DNA of 63,819 nucleotides, counting the filler, from Aduncisulcus paluster (Eukaryota), in NCBI GenBank assembly GCA_024181965.1. It is 8 parts of 8 records of this genome, joined end to end, with 100 filler letters (N's around TTAATTAATTAA, not from the genome) between each part and the next. Parts side by side here need not be neighbours in the genome. Positions count along the whole stretch, not along the records: positions 15,578 to 30,403 come from BQXS01011212.1; positions 30,504 to 34,416 come from BQXS01011214.1; positions 34,517 to 41,143 come from BQXS01011215.1; 5 more parts are not named here. One strand, written 5' to 3'. Both the position numbers and the translations under genes were made by a program. This document shows positions 23,431 through 36,280 of the stretch, one piece after another (position 1 is the first letter of the stretch; every line of letters starts with the position of its first letter). Below the pieces are notes generated by a model that saw nothing but the letters and a program-made list of their open reading frames with translations, had not been told where the DNA came from and did no database searches.

Positions 23431-25041
23431 ATGAACAGCTTTACTTGCACTTTTCAATTCTTTTTACTCTTATTTTCCTGGTTTTTCATATCCAACACAT
23501 TTCTCAATTTTTCTTATGCCATAGATACTGATGACGATTCATCCATTTTCATTACATCCAGGAGTACTGTAACACTCGCTGCTTTCAATTATATGGCCTC
23601 AGATATCATTAATGAGATTATTACAATGATAATGAGCGCTTCCATTCCATCGTTTAGTCTAAATGATATTGACACTCCTATTGGTGTTGTTGATCTTTCC
23701 TTTTCAGATATTCAGATAAATTCCATGACCATGAATGAATTTAATATATTCTTCCTTGAAGACACGACTGAAATTGAAGTAAGCTTATCGAATGTATATT
23801 TCCAAATTAGTCTTGACTTTTCTTATAAGCTTTGTACCTTTCCATACTCAACAGACTCTGGAAATCTCATTATCACATCGGATGGTGCCAGTTTTGTTGG
23901 ATTTGCCCATATCATTCAGGTGAGTCATGTTCCTTCCCTCACTGTGGACTCAGCCAAGTTCTCATTGGGCGATTTCTCTCTTAGTCTCCGTGGTTCTTCC
24001 AGTATCTTGTCCACAATCATCCAGATAGCCACTCCACTCATTCAATATACAATCGAGACGTCCATGAACACACTATTCGCAGATGTTGTCAATCAAGTGA
24101 TCAACTCTCTTCTCTATGCAGTTCCCTGCATTCAATTGAACGATACCACCGCCATCGATATTCGTCAGCCGTGTAGTGGTGATATTTTCACTGACTTTGC
24201 CTCTAATCCTGCTTCCAGTCTGTATTATGGCACTGATGTTGAGCGTTACACCCCGTCCAGTTCCTACTCAAGCTCTGTCGTGCCCTATATTGTCGATGAT
24301 AGTGCGGACCAGCGTATCTTCTCACCCGAGATGCTGATATCTCTGATTGATGTGTACAGGCAACGTGGCATGTTCACAGTCTCACTCTATCCCGATGAGG
24401 TTCCATCTGCATTCCCCTTTGATCTGACTGTCTCTGGCTTGACCCAGTTCTTTGATATCACTCTGCCCGCATCCTCTCCTTTCACTCTTGACTCACCTGT
24501 TTACCTCTCCCTTGAGCTCCCTGAGACACCTTCTTACACAATGATGGCTGGATGTATTGCTTTGAATATGGACTTGAAGGCTAAGTGGTACGTGTTCTCT
24601 GAGAGTGATCACTCACAGGACTCTGAGCTTGTGTCGTTCGATCTTGGTCTTGTAGTCGCTACAACTATCGCCAATACATACTCAACTAACGGTCAAACCA
24701 TTGTCGGATTTTCTTTTGAATTCTCTGCATATACCGTTGAGATTACGGATTCTGATGTTGATTACACAAATGAATCCATTGGATCGTTATATCACACCGT
24801 TTTGCTTGACCTTTCTTATTCTGACCGGATGAATGCCTGGGCATTGGATCTTGGTTATCCATTCTCAACAAGTAACGACACCACTGTAGGATTTGTTGAT
24901 TCTGAGATCTGGTATGGTGATGATTATTTCGCTATCCTCCTCTCCTTGCAATGGTTTGGTTCTAGTGGTGTGAATAATAGTAACGAAGTGTATCTATCTA
25001 AATGGAACATAAGTGATGACGAAAGTATTTGTCTTCCATGA
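23431..25041 (+). CDS. Secreted BPI/LBP/CETP-like (TULIP) lipid-binding protein
   Basis: Signal peptide, then TVTLAAFNY...SIPSFSLNDIDTPIGVVDLSFSDIQI, typical of the BPI N-terminal barrel; 536 aa fits two barrels. Confidence 0.7.
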   Translation: MNSFTCTFQFFLLLFSWFFISNTFLNFSYAIDTDDDSSIFITSRSTVTLAAFNYMASDIINEIITMIMSASIPSFSLNDIDTPIGVVDLSFSDIQINSMTMNEFNIFFLEDTTEIEVSLSNVYFQISLDFSYKLCTFPYSTDSGNLIITSDGASFVGFAHIIQVSHVPSLTVDSAKFSLGDFSLSLRGSSSILSTIIQIATPLIQYTIETSMNTLFADVVNQVINSLLYAVPCIQLNDTTAIDIRQPCSGDIFTDFASNPASSLYYGTDVERYTPSSSYSSSVVPYIVDDSADQRIFSPEMLISLIDVYRQRGMFTVSLYPDEVPSAFPFDLTVSGLTQFFDITLPASSPFTLDSPVYLSLELPETPSYTMMAGCIALNMDLKAKWYVFSESDHSQDSELVSFDLGLVVATTIANTYSTNGQTIVGFSFEFSAYTVEITDSDVDYTNESIGSLYHTVLLDLSYSDRMNAWALDLGYPFSTSNDTTVGFVDSEIWYGDDYFAILLSLQWFGSSGVNNSNEVYLSKWNISDDESICLP

Positions 25042-26134
25042 ATAATATATGACTATATACTGTATTATCCAATCCAGTTCCAGAACCTCTTCTTATTATT
25101 ATTATTTTATTTTTTTTTTATTTTTTATTTTTATCGTAATCACAATGATATCATATAAATTGTTATATATTTTATTTAGTTGAAATATATATTTATCTTC
25201 ATTTTCTATTTTCTCCAACCGTTTGTTATCTCCCAAATCTTGTGGCTCCACATGTTAACTCCATGTTAACTCCAATGATATTAATAATATTCTGTAGACT
25301 GTATATTTATTTGTTCCCTAATATTCCAATAATAATATATTTCTGTCTTTATCTTCTGGTTTGAGATTTGATTGACGACTTTTTGTTTTGTTTTGTTTGG
25401 AAATACAATATATCCTCTCTCTTTTGGGTTAGAACTTTCTGTATTTTAATCCCCATAATATAAATACAACTCTAATATTTCTTTTTTTTATTTTCATTTA
25501 ATGTTTTTTTTTTTATTTATTTCAAATGATTATTCTGCCATAATTCTATAATATAATGACCTACGGTTTCTTCTTAATCGTATTTTTTTTATTTTGGTCC
25601 CGTCCAATCATAATAATCTTCTTATAGTAATAGTGACATACAAACAACTACAAAAAAAATGTCAAACAAAACAACCACTAATTTCAGAATAATATCATCA
25701 ATAATATTTTCCTCTTTTCCGGGGTAGATGTATCAAAGGATGTATTTCTTCTTCTTCTTTCTGCCTTGTTACATGTTTCATTTTTGATCTCCCCGTCAGT
25801 ATTTTTAGCTTCTACGGAAATGTTATTTCTCTTAAGATTCTCACCAAATAAATGAATAAAATTATAATTTTCTTGTCAATTTCAATGCTGATTGGCCCAA
25901 CCATCCCACATATTAATTGATGTTATAACATGGAATAATCGGGAAACAATAAATAAAACTCAGTTGAATTCCTATTCTTATGATTTTTTTTATAGTTTTA
26001 GTTCCATTGATTCGTTTCTATTTCGGCAATTACTAGATTAACTCATGACGAGTCAACTTAGTTTCGTGATCTCGTCAGGTTTTGACACCACTACCTCCAA
26101 GATAATTTCAGGTGACGATTTAGTAATATAATTT

Positions 26135-28562
26135 ATGGACCGAAAAGAGACGTCATCGATGGAGATTTCCTCTACTACTGTTGGAAGTGCTTCTTCTCTC
26201 CCTTCAAGTGTAATTGATGATAAATCTGTCATGTCTGGTGGAGAAATCAAATGTTTGGCAGATTTAAGTGCCAAAATGAGTTCACTTTCGCCTCAAATAG
26301 GGGATTTTGATAAGGAAACATTCCATTATGTTCCTTGGCATGTTGTTCAACCTTATAATCCACCTTGTGAGGTGAAATCTGGAGGAGTTGTAAATGAAGA
26401 TGAAGATATTGTTCGCCGCCATAAAGCTGTTATCTTTGATATAGTCAAACAGATTGGGAAAAACCTTATACGCTTTAAAAACATTATTTCTGTTTCACTT
26501 CCAGTTGTTATTTTTGAACCACGTTCTTTACATCAGAGAATTGCTGATAATTTTGCTTATATTGATTTTCTTCACCGTTCTAATCTAAGGTATAAACAGT
26601 CACCCTCTGATTTGCTTCGCTTCCTTCCAGACTGTTATAAAGATCATTTGCCGATGAACTGGGAGATTCATCCCGAATTCATCAGACCTATTCAGCGTTA
26701 CTTGCTTCATTCAGCCAGGTTCTTGGATGTGATCTGTTTTGCTATTTCTGCACTTAGTATTGTTCCACGTTGTCATAGAAAACCATTTAACCCCGTTCTT
26801 GGAGAGACTTGGAGTGCAGAATATCCAGGAACTGGATGCCGCGTGTATTTTGAGCAAGCCACTCACCATCCTCCTGCATCAAGGTGGATTCTTCGTTCAA
26901 GGGAAAGAGAAAACCACGAGAGACGAGGGTTTGAATTTATTGGTGTTGGTGTGTATTGGGCATCCTTGGGTGCTGCAAATTTGAAAGGTGGTCAAAAGGG
27001 GTTCTCCCAAGTTTCATTCTTTGATGATGATGAATCAAAGCCTTTTCAAGACTCTTCTCATCCTTCCCAGCGAATTATTTTCTCGTATCCNNNNNNNNNN
27101 NNNNNNNNNNGCCACTCACCATCCTCCTGCATCAAGGTGGATTCTTCGTTCAAGGGAAAGAGAAAACCACGAGAGACGAGGGTTTGAATTTATTGGTGTT
27201 GGTGTGTATTGGGCATCCTTGGGTGCTGCAAATTTGAAAGGTGGTCAAAAGGGGTTCTCCCAAGTTTCATTCTTTGATGATGATGAATCAAAGCCTTTTC
27301 AAGACTCTTCTCATCCTTCCCAGCGAATTATTTTCTCGTATCCTGCTTTCCACATCAATAATCTATTCTTTGGCCAGCGTGTGTGTTATATGAATGGCTC
27401 TATGCAAATCGTTGACCCTGATAATGGATTTGTCTTCGAAATTACAATGGACAAGTGTGCCCCAGGCCAAACATTTGAAGGCTTTAAGGATGGAAAATGT
27501 CCCGTTGATAATTTTGCTGGACAGATCACCCATTATCCTGAGTGTTGTCTCCCCTTACAAATGCTCCCCAAGAAGGAGATTCTCGATGGAGCAAAAGGAT
27601 GTGTGGTCTCAGTTCCATCCTCAAGGGATGTGAAGAAACGTTTCTCCGAATGGAAATCAAATGGAAAGCGCCAAAAGATTATGATACAAAGAGGTCATGC
27701 CGATATCATTCGTGGCTCTTGTCTCGATGAACCATTTGTTGTATGTGATGCGTATGGTAGCTACATTGATAAACTATACATTGGTTCAAAGTCTTATTGG
27801 GGCATAACAAAAGTTAAGACGGAGCCTTTCTCTTCCCGTGGGTATGAATTCATGCTCTCCCAAGGAAAAGAAGCAAGGGAGGGTGAAGTTCGAGATGGGA
27901 AAATGGGAGAAGATAAGGATGCAAGAGAGAAAGGAGTTACCGCAAGTGGAGCTACTAGTGAACTTGTTTCTGCTTTGTCTTTCCCTATCGATGCCCATGA
28001 TCCCACTTCTGTCCCTCTTCTCTCCTCTGCAGACAAATCCTCCAAGGTCCCGAAAGGAATTCAGTTCAAACAACAACCGATTGATCCTGAAAAACATCCA
28101 AGACAGTCAGATATCCTTCCCACACATTTACCCTCAGACTCTGACATTACTCCAATATCATCCCCTCTGAGTTCCAAGGGATCTGGATCATCCTCGTCCG
28201 CTTCTATTTCTGTATCCCCTGACATTGGATCTTCTGCCCGTTCGTCCAGCAGTACTAGTTCAACCATTGTTACTGCCGAGACCGATGAAGCGAAGTTGCC
28301 TCCATTGTCAACAGTTGATTCTTTCTATTTCCACGATGGTATGATAACACCCATGTTACGACTTCCACGACCAATTGAAGAGTGTTTGCATAGCGATAGT
28401 AGGTTTAGACTCGATTTACTCGCTCTTGGAAAAGGAGATGAAGAAGAAAGTCAAAAACAGAAGGAAATTCTCGAAAATGAAAGGAGGAGACTTCGAAAGT
28501 TAAGAAGAGATGGAGATAAAGATGATTTGAAGAAGAAAAAGAAGTTAGGAAAAAGAAAATGA
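26135..28562 (+). CDS. Oxysterol-binding protein-related protein, ~724 aa
   Basis: SVSLPVVIFEPRS, KPFNPVLGET, EQATHHPP (EQVSHHPP signature), SDSRFRLDL. Two ORFs merge after removing the 253-nt duplication. Confidence 0.92.
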
Positions 28563-29168
28563 GAGAATTTATCAGCGACGCACTTGTTTCTTGAAATCTT
28601 ACCACTATATACTATATACCAAATATTTTCTCGATCCTCTTATAAAATAGTCTTTGAAAAAACTAAAGACAAATGAAATGTGGAGACATATCGTCGGTAA
28701 GATCTTCAAATAATAATGTATAATCACGGAATGATTTGATGGTTGGTTTTGTGATTTGTTGTTAATATGCAACAAAATCAATATGTTTTATGATCATTAA
28801 TATGAATGATATTGTTTTGGTTCTGATTATGATTCGGCATTCCTTAAAATGTTGATATTCTCTCGTCATTTTCGATGTTTCATTTATATATCATAGCAAA
28901 TGTTATGAAAGGAAAAAATAAATAATATTTGTTTTTAACTGTTCCTTTTTTTCAATTTTTATCATTTTAATAGTTGCAACCCCTAGATTATTTCCGTTTC
29001 CCATTTTTTCCTGTTATGGTGAGGTTACACATTATTATGTAATAAAATTAATGGGTGCTCTCGAAATTGTATAATATTGTATTATGTGAGTTGTTTGATG
29101 ATTTATTATGGGTGTCGTTTTGCGATTAAACGGACGACGTATTCTTTTCGACAATTCATCCAATAATA

Positions 29169-30403
29169 ATGCTCAAATTCGGCAAATTATTTATTGTATT
29201 GCTTTTAATAGCAATGTGCGCTTTCAACTATGTCTATTCTGTTCCTGAGGATATGGGTATTTGTGGTGGAACTGGAACCATCAAAGTTCTTGTTTCCGAC
29301 ACTGGTAGTGACTCTCTAGACTATACCACCTCAGATTGTCGTGAAAAAGACACTCCATGTGAGACTGCATATGGTGCTTGGCAGTTTGCTTTGAACCTTG
29401 ATGATCCTGATGTGGAAACTGACAAAATTCATTGTATTCTCATTTCTCTTGAACGCGAAAAAGAAGATGATCCATTAATCATTGAATTTGGTCAACAAAT
29501 TGCGATTGACAATACTATCTATGACACATTCCCTAAATATGGTTCCAAAGGCGAAGTTTCTGGTCTTCAGATCGTGTCTTCATCGTTCTTGGAGGAGGAT
29601 AAATTGGGTCTTCCCGGTCAAGATACCGCTGTTCTTAACACCATGGATGATGAAACATATGTGACCTTCGGAATGGTCCACTTTGTTGATGGTGACCCCA
29701 GAACAGAAGGTAATCCCGTTTCCCGCTCTACCAACGGTTACATCAAGTTCTTCAACGTTGGATATGGTAGCACCGATGAAACTGCTGACCCTACCAGTGT
29801 TTACTTTGTGGACGCCATGAACTTTGAAGCTGGAATGATCACCCTGTTCAACGTTGATAACACGTTGTATGACACTGCAGACACTCCTTTGTTCAGTGCC
29901 ACTGTTTTCGGAAACATTGCTATGAATGAATTCTCTAACATCACGCTTGGATCCCATTCCATGTTCGAATGTACCCAGTTCAAGTCTTACTTTGGTGGCT
30001 ACACGAACATTGTGAAGACAGCTGACTCTGGAGACTGTCCTGGTGGTGCTGTTGCATGTGTTATTGGAACTGGGGAAGAGTCTATCGCTCTTGAATATGG
30101 TGAGTTCAGCAACTGTACATCCGTTGGTTCTGGAGCTGTCTTCCACCTTGAAAACGCTGGATCCATCACATTTACTTACAGTGCTTTTGAGGATAACGAG
30201 TGTACCGGTGGTGATGGTGGTGCCTTGTACTTGCAAGATGTCGCCAAGCCCAAGTTTGTCAATGTAACCTGTGATGGCAACACTGCTGCTGGAAATGGTG
30301 GATGTATGTATGTCAATGAACAGACTGTTGGTGCTGAGAACTTTACTCTCGACAATGGCTATTTCACCAACAATACTGCTTCTGCTGGAAATGGAGGTGC
30401 CAT
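29169..30403 (+). CDS. Secreted/surface right-handed beta-helix protein with GGA / FxxN repeats, 3'-truncated
   Basis: Signal peptide; repeats FEDNECTGGDGGALY, DGNTAAGNGGCMY, FTNNTASAGNGGA like Pmp/pectin-lyase-type beta-helices. Confidence 0.7.
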
Positions 30404-30503
30404 NNNNNNNNNNNNNNNNNNNNNNNNNNNNNNNNNNNNNNNNNNNNTTAATTAATTAANNNNNNNNNNNNNNNNNNNNNNNNNNNNNNNNNNNNNNNNN
30501 NNN

Positions 30504-30943
<440 letters not shown>

Positions 30944-31286
30944 TGATTCGTGGCAAAACATGATTTTTGAATTACTCACTGCTACTAAAGACAAATCAAC
31001 CAATGAAAGGATAAAATTTGATATTTATTGAATATTAATATTTATTTCTATTAACATTGCTTATGAATTATACTTTATAGCCATGTAGAAGCCAATCATT
31101 CCCATTTAATAGAATTTCATATTCATAATAATATCAATAATTTAAAAAGCTTTTATGGAGTCTGATTCTCAATTTTCAGAACAATGATTATGTTATTCTT
31201 ATTCCACCAAGCTGAAGGAATGGAATCCAATTTTGTGATCGATTATAAACATATATACATCAATCATCACCATCTTTCAATATACT

Positions 31287-33278
31287 ATGAGTAATGCCTT
31301 TGAAAGATATGCTTATGTATATGCGAAAGAGCTTGGAATCAGTGAAACTTCATGCAAGACAATTACTAATGCTTGTGGATTCTTATCAATTATCTCAAGC
31401 AAAATAGACCAACTCAAAGCACTTCCGTATTCAAAAGATAAAGGTGTATGCTTTCATATTTCAAAAACTCTTCGCATTTGTAATATCATTATTATTCCCT
31501 GTATAAAGATGAATGACGTGCATGTTCAATGCTGTCAATATATTATCAACCCCTCTTTGTTTTTACTGATCACAATATTTTCTCAAGAAATTAAATCATC
31601 ATCCATCGATTATGTTTTATGTCAAGAACTGGAAAGTTGTCTTATCAGTGAAGTTGAACTCGCTATCTCTCTTCTTCAATGCCTAACAAAGATATATTCT
31701 GATCCTTGCTTTCTTCAAACTTGGCAATTGGTTATTAAGGCCTGTATCCTTTTGGCCCGGGATACTGTGTCGCATCCTCTCTCTCCATCGGCATTTTATC
31801 CCCAATCGCGTACAGACCAATCGATTTCTCTTCCTTCTTGTTCCTCATACCCCTTCTCAATTAATTGTGTCCGTGTGTGTCAATCTGTCTTCCATGCACT
31901 GATATGTTCGTTCCATTCCCTTGTCTTGGGTCCTCACAGGGGCCCTGACACAACATACGCATACCATCAACACGCCCTTCACCCCCACGAAGACAAGGTT
32001 GATAATAGCGAGCTAGATAGAGATAGAGAACGACTGATGGACCCCCCACAACTGGGTTCTTCCACCACCTCCATGCCTTCACGTGTGGAGAGCTCGAGTG
32101 AGTGTGAGGAAGATAGTGAGAGTGGGGTGATCGAAGACGATGAGAATGAGGAAGAAGATGGAAAAACGGTGTCCTCAGCACCACCTTCATGTGGCACAGT
32201 TCCTTGTTCAGTCCCTCCACGATCTCACTGGCTCTCATCAGTTTTTGTTTATCTTGTATGCATCCAGAGTCTTCTGCCATCCATAGATATCCGTTCTATT
32301 ACTTCAGAGCTCCAGCGTAAAGAATTAACACACGCCCTTCACGTGGCCGGACAGCGGCTTGTCGCAAAAGTTGTTGTCTTGTCCTCCTCTTCCAACGATT
32401 CAATGGATTCAATGCTGGAACAAGGGCATTTACCCTCAGATGAGGAGTATGAACAGCGTGCCAGCATGAAATCCAAGCTTAGAATGCAATCAGAGAAGAT
32501 ATTATCGTTGTGTTTATCGATTCTTATTGCAATTGACGCCAATAATGAGACAATTGCAATGGTGGTTCAATGTGTCCGAGGCTGTATGGCACAAGAAGAA
32601 GAGTGGAAGGCAAAACCAACAATGAGCATCACACCTTACATTAAAACAACATTGTTTTCGAATCATGTTTCTCAATTATCATCTATTTTTAGCAAAAAAC
32701 TTTCACTTTCTCAATTATTTGTTCTTATTGATACTCCCATTGTCACCAGTTTGATCTGTTATGGTTCGATTGTACAATACCCATCTTATTCGCTATTCCT
32801 CCATTCTATTTGCTCTCTTTCTTTTTCATTATCCTCTCTCTCTTCTCTTTACTCCTTCCGACTCCCATCTTCCTCCTCTTCCTCGTCACTGGCCAGCCTC
32901 CTCCTTCGTGATGTCATGCAGATTGCCGGAATAAGGATAAAACGATGTGTGATTTCGGATTCGTACGTCTCTCTTTGTGCTGGAGGCTTCTTATCTCCTT
33001 CTTTTATCTCCGCCAAGGAGGAAGAGGAAAGAGAGAAGAGACGAGGGAAGGAAGAGGAAAGAGAAGATGTTCTCGATGCTGCTCGTTTAACGACACCGGA
33101 TTCATCAGGTGGATGTGCCTTGAGCTGGTATCCAATTACAACTTTATATAACCCATCGGTTTCTTCTCTTACGCATGCTGCAGCCATACTAAGACTTGGA
33201 AATACTTTGCCCGTGTGCGATAAGGTTGTTATTGAGGCACACACTCTATTATCAAAAACTCGAAGTCGGTTTGAGTAA
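31287..33278 (+). CDS. Hypothetical protein, 663 aa
   Basis: Long ORF with helical and low-complexity segments; no family recognised. Confidence 0.6.
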   Translation: MSNAFERYAYVYAKELGISETSCKTITNACGFLSIISSKIDQLKALPYSKDKGVCFHISKTLRICNIIIIPCIKMNDVHVQCCQYIINPSLFLLITIFSQEIKSSSIDYVLCQELESCLISEVELAISLLQCLTKIYSDPCFLQTWQLVIKACILLARDTVSHPLSPSAFYPQSRTDQSISLPSCSSYPFSINCVRVCQSVFHALICSFHSLVLGPHRGPDTTYAYHQHALHPHEDKVDNSELDRDRERLMDPPQLGSSTTSMPSRVESSSECEEDSESGVIEDDENEEEDGKTVSSAPPSCGTVPCSVPPRSHWLSSVFVYLVCIQSLLPSIDIRSITSELQRKELTHALHVAGQRLVAKVVVLSSSSNDSMDSMLEQGHLPSDEEYEQRASMKSKLRMQSEKILSLCLSILIAIDANNETIAMVVQCVRGCMAQEEEWKAKPTMSITPYIKTTLFSNHVSQLSSIFSKKLSLSQLFVLIDTPIVTSLICYGSIVQYPSYSLFLHSICSLSFSLSSLSSLYSFRLPSSSSSSSLASLLLRDVMQIAGIRIKRCVISDSYVSLCAGGFLSPSFISAKEEEEREKRRGKEEEREDVLDAARLTTPDSSGGCALSWYPITTLYNPSVSSLTHAAAILRLGNTLPVCDKVVIEAHTLLSKTRSRFE

Positions 33279-33360
33279 TATTACCTTTTTTTAGAGTCTA
33301 TAATATAGTATATTACTATACTAATAAATTCTACATATCAGACATTTGCCAAACAACTGG

Positions 33361-34416
33361 TTATTTCCATGGAAGTAGAGATAATCGTTCAGCTGCAATT
33401 GTTTCCTCGGGCATAGTAAATACGAGGGAGTTGATCCAGAAATCTCGACTATTCTTATCATTCCACATTCCTTTCCCTTCAATCTCACATAACACAACAT
33501 TCATCAAATCAATAGGAAGAAAGTACCATTCAAATTCATGCTTAGGTTTTGTAAATTCATATTTCTTGAATGTCTTCTTACCATCACAATCAGTGAAAGT
33601 GAAGAGAAGAGAGGGTGAACCGCCATACTTATCCACACAGATATAAGCCCCTTTCATTGGACTAGGTAATGGGAAAGGGATGGAAAGATGGGATAAACAA
33701 ACACAACATTCTCCTTTTAACATTCTTTGTGCTTGTGAACTCATATCATACTCCTCAGATTCCTTACAAACCGAATCTTTCTTGCACTTAACCATTGAGA
33801 ATAAAGGAGCTACAAGCTTGGGATCATCTCGTAGAATGGGAATAGAATCTCTACCTTCAGATTCTTCATCTCCTTCCTTAACAAACTCTGGTTTCACAAC
33901 AGGAGTTTCAGACCATAGTTTCTCTCTGGCTTCACGAGATAAGGTTTCTTCAGAAGTTTCTTGTCGAATTAAAACAAGGGATTCGATACAAAAATTCTCT
34001 TCTTCTCTTCTTTTCCCTCTAATCTCACACAAAACAACATCAGGGAGATCAACAGAAAGGAAATACCAATGTTTACCTTCAAATCCAGAAAATTCGTATT
34101 TCTTGGATATTTTATCACCCTTCGAAGATGTAAGAGTGAAGGTAAGATATTCTGGATGATACCAACCACCAAATAGACAGATATATACCCCTTTCATTGG
34201 GGAACATAGGGAGAAAGGAATGGAGATATGAGTAAAGTGACCATTATTTACCTCTCCTCTCATCATATCTTCTGCTTCAACACTTTGATCGTACTCTTCG
34301 TCATCTTCTTCCTTGGTTCCATCTATTGCTGTGATAGTTGTGATTTCTGAACTCTTAATATTCGGGGCATCTCGAGGAATTGGACAGCAATTAATATTCC
34401 CTTCATGAATAAACTC
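33361..34416 (-). CDS. Hypervariable beta-domain family protein, free two-domain form, 5'-truncated at contig edge
   Basis: Collinear with 737-1837 and 38291-39367; frame open upstream of the annotated ATG (EFIHEGNINCCPIPRDAPN); ends ERLSLLPWK. Confidence 0.85.
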   Translation of the reverse strand, partial: EFIHEGNINCCPIPRDAPNIKSSEITTITAIDGTKEEDDEEYDQSVEAEDMMRGEVNNGHFTHISIPFSLCSPMKGVYICLFGGWYHPEYLTFTLTSSKGDKISKKYEFSGFEGKHWYFLSVDLPDVVLCEIRGKRREEENFCIESLVLIRQETSEETLSREAREKLWSETPVVKPEFVKEGDEESEGRDSIPILRDDPKLVAPLFSMVKCKKDSVCKESEEYDMSSQAQRMLKGECCVCLSHLSIPFPLPSPMKGAYICVDKYGGSPSLLFTFTDCDGKKTFKKYEFTKPKHEFEWYFLPIDLMNVVLCEIEGKGMWNDKNSRDFWINSLVFTMPEETIAAERLSLLPWK

Positions 34417-34516
34417 NNNNNNNNNNNNNNNNNNNNNNNNNNNNNNNNNNNNNNNNNNNNTTAATTAATTAANNNNNNNNNNNNNNNNNNNNNNNNNNNN
34501 NNNNNNNNNNNNNNNN

Positions 34517-35300
34517 ATCCTTTCTTCTTGAACCTTCTGAACATTACTTCTGGTCCTTTCTAGTTTATGAGTGAGGACTATAAGCTCACCTTCAAGCTTT
34601 TTCTTTAATTTAAGCGCAGAATCTATGTCGGAATTACGATTTTCGATGGCTTTTAAAAGAGAATTGAATTGGGATTTATATGATTCAATATCACGGAAGA
34701 GAGACAATATAACGGTCTCAGATTCCTTAACAATCTCTTCGGCTTCAGCTTTTTCCCGTTCTTGGGCCATGACCTGCTCTTTTAAACGTTTGGCTTCTTT
34801 CTCTTTATCTGTTATATTCTCTTGCATCTTCAGCATTATCGCATCACGATCACGGGCTTCTCTATCTAATTTTGTCGCTTCTTCCTCAGTTTTATGCACA
34901 GTTCTCTGAGCTATAAGGGAAGCACTATCCACTTCTTCACAATACCGAGATATTTGATCTTTTCTTTCAGTCAGCTTTTGCAATTCGCCTTCTGTTCTCT
35001 TTAAAATTGCTTTTTGGTCAAGTATATTACGTTGAAGTTCTTCATATTCGGCTAGAGCACGTTGTTTTTCTCCACGACTGTTCGCTCTTTTTCTTTGAAC
35101 TCCTCGATGTATTGGTCAGTGGTAGCAATGCTTTCAGTCAGAAATGCAACTTCATCTTGTCTTTTGAAGAGTAAAACACCGGCTTCTTCCCTCTCTTTTG
35201 TTGCTGCTGTGAGTTGTGAGGCTAATGCAAGACTTTCCTCTTCAAACTCCTTCAATTCCTTCAATAAGTTGTCTCTGACTAACTTTTGGAAGGCTTCCAT
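34517..35300 (-). CDS. CCDC40/FAP172-like axonemal coiled-coil protein, partial, with a 1-nt frameshift near 35085
   Basis: MEAFQKLVRDNL...EREEAGVLLFKRQDEVAFL resembles the CCDC40 N-terminal motif. One extra A in GAAAAAGAG joins the two ORFs as FKEKRANSRGEKQRALAEYEEL. Confidence 0.6.
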
Positions 35301-36209
35301 TTTGTCTAGTGCAAAAACGACAAAAATGTTGAAAAGGTGCAAACAAAAGAATAAAATGATCAATACATATTATTTTGTTAAATTATTAACAAATATATTT
35401 TGAAAATGCTATTATTACATTATATGATTAATATTATCCTGTTTAAATCGAGCAACTTGCTGTCTTGAAGACATTTTCGAAAATAAGTAGATGACATGAA
35501 TATATATCACAGATCAATCAACACACGCATCAAGAAGAAATAGAACAAACCAAATAAGATAATAATTTTTTGGTAGAGGTTCCCCCACTTTTCTCAGCCA
35601 CCGCCGGTGGAAAGTTTGTATTTTTTTGTTTTTGTTTTTGTTTTTTTGGGAAAAAAATATATAAAAGAAATGTACAGTGCAACCACCGTACAGGGGGGAC
35701 CCCCACGGATGGGGGTAAAAGGGGGGAAATTTACTACATAGATTGGCAGAAAATAAAAGAATCAAGTTCATTGGGCAGATCAAGTTCTCTTCTTATGTTG
35801 TTTGAACTGTTCAGAGAGAGAGGGAGAGAAGGANNNNNNNNNNNNNNNNNNNNTTTTGGTAGAGGTTCCCCCACTTTTCTCAGCCACCGCCGGTGGAAAG
35901 TTTGTATTTTTTTGTTTTTGTTTTTGTTTTTTTGGGAAAAAAATATATAAAAGAAATGTACAGTGCAACCACCGTACAGGGGGGACCCCCACGGATGGGG
36001 GTAAAAGGGGGGAAATTTACTACATAGATTGGCAGAAAATAAAAGAATCAAGTTCATTGGGCAGATCAAGTTCTCTTCTTATGTTGTTTGAACTGTTCAG
36101 AGAGAGAGGGAGAGAAGGAAAAAGCTTGGATTCGGCAAAACAAAGGAAAGATCACGAATCGAGAATCATCCAAGAATAAGATGATGTGACACACAGATTG
36201 GGGAATAGC

Positions 36210-36280
36210 ATTGATGTTATTGATGTTATTGATGTTATTGATGTTATTGATGTTATTGATGTTATTGATGTTATTGATGT
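36210..36280. repeat. 9-bp minisatellite (ATTGATGTT) x about 8
   Basis: Directly visible perfect tandem array. Confidence 0.95.
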
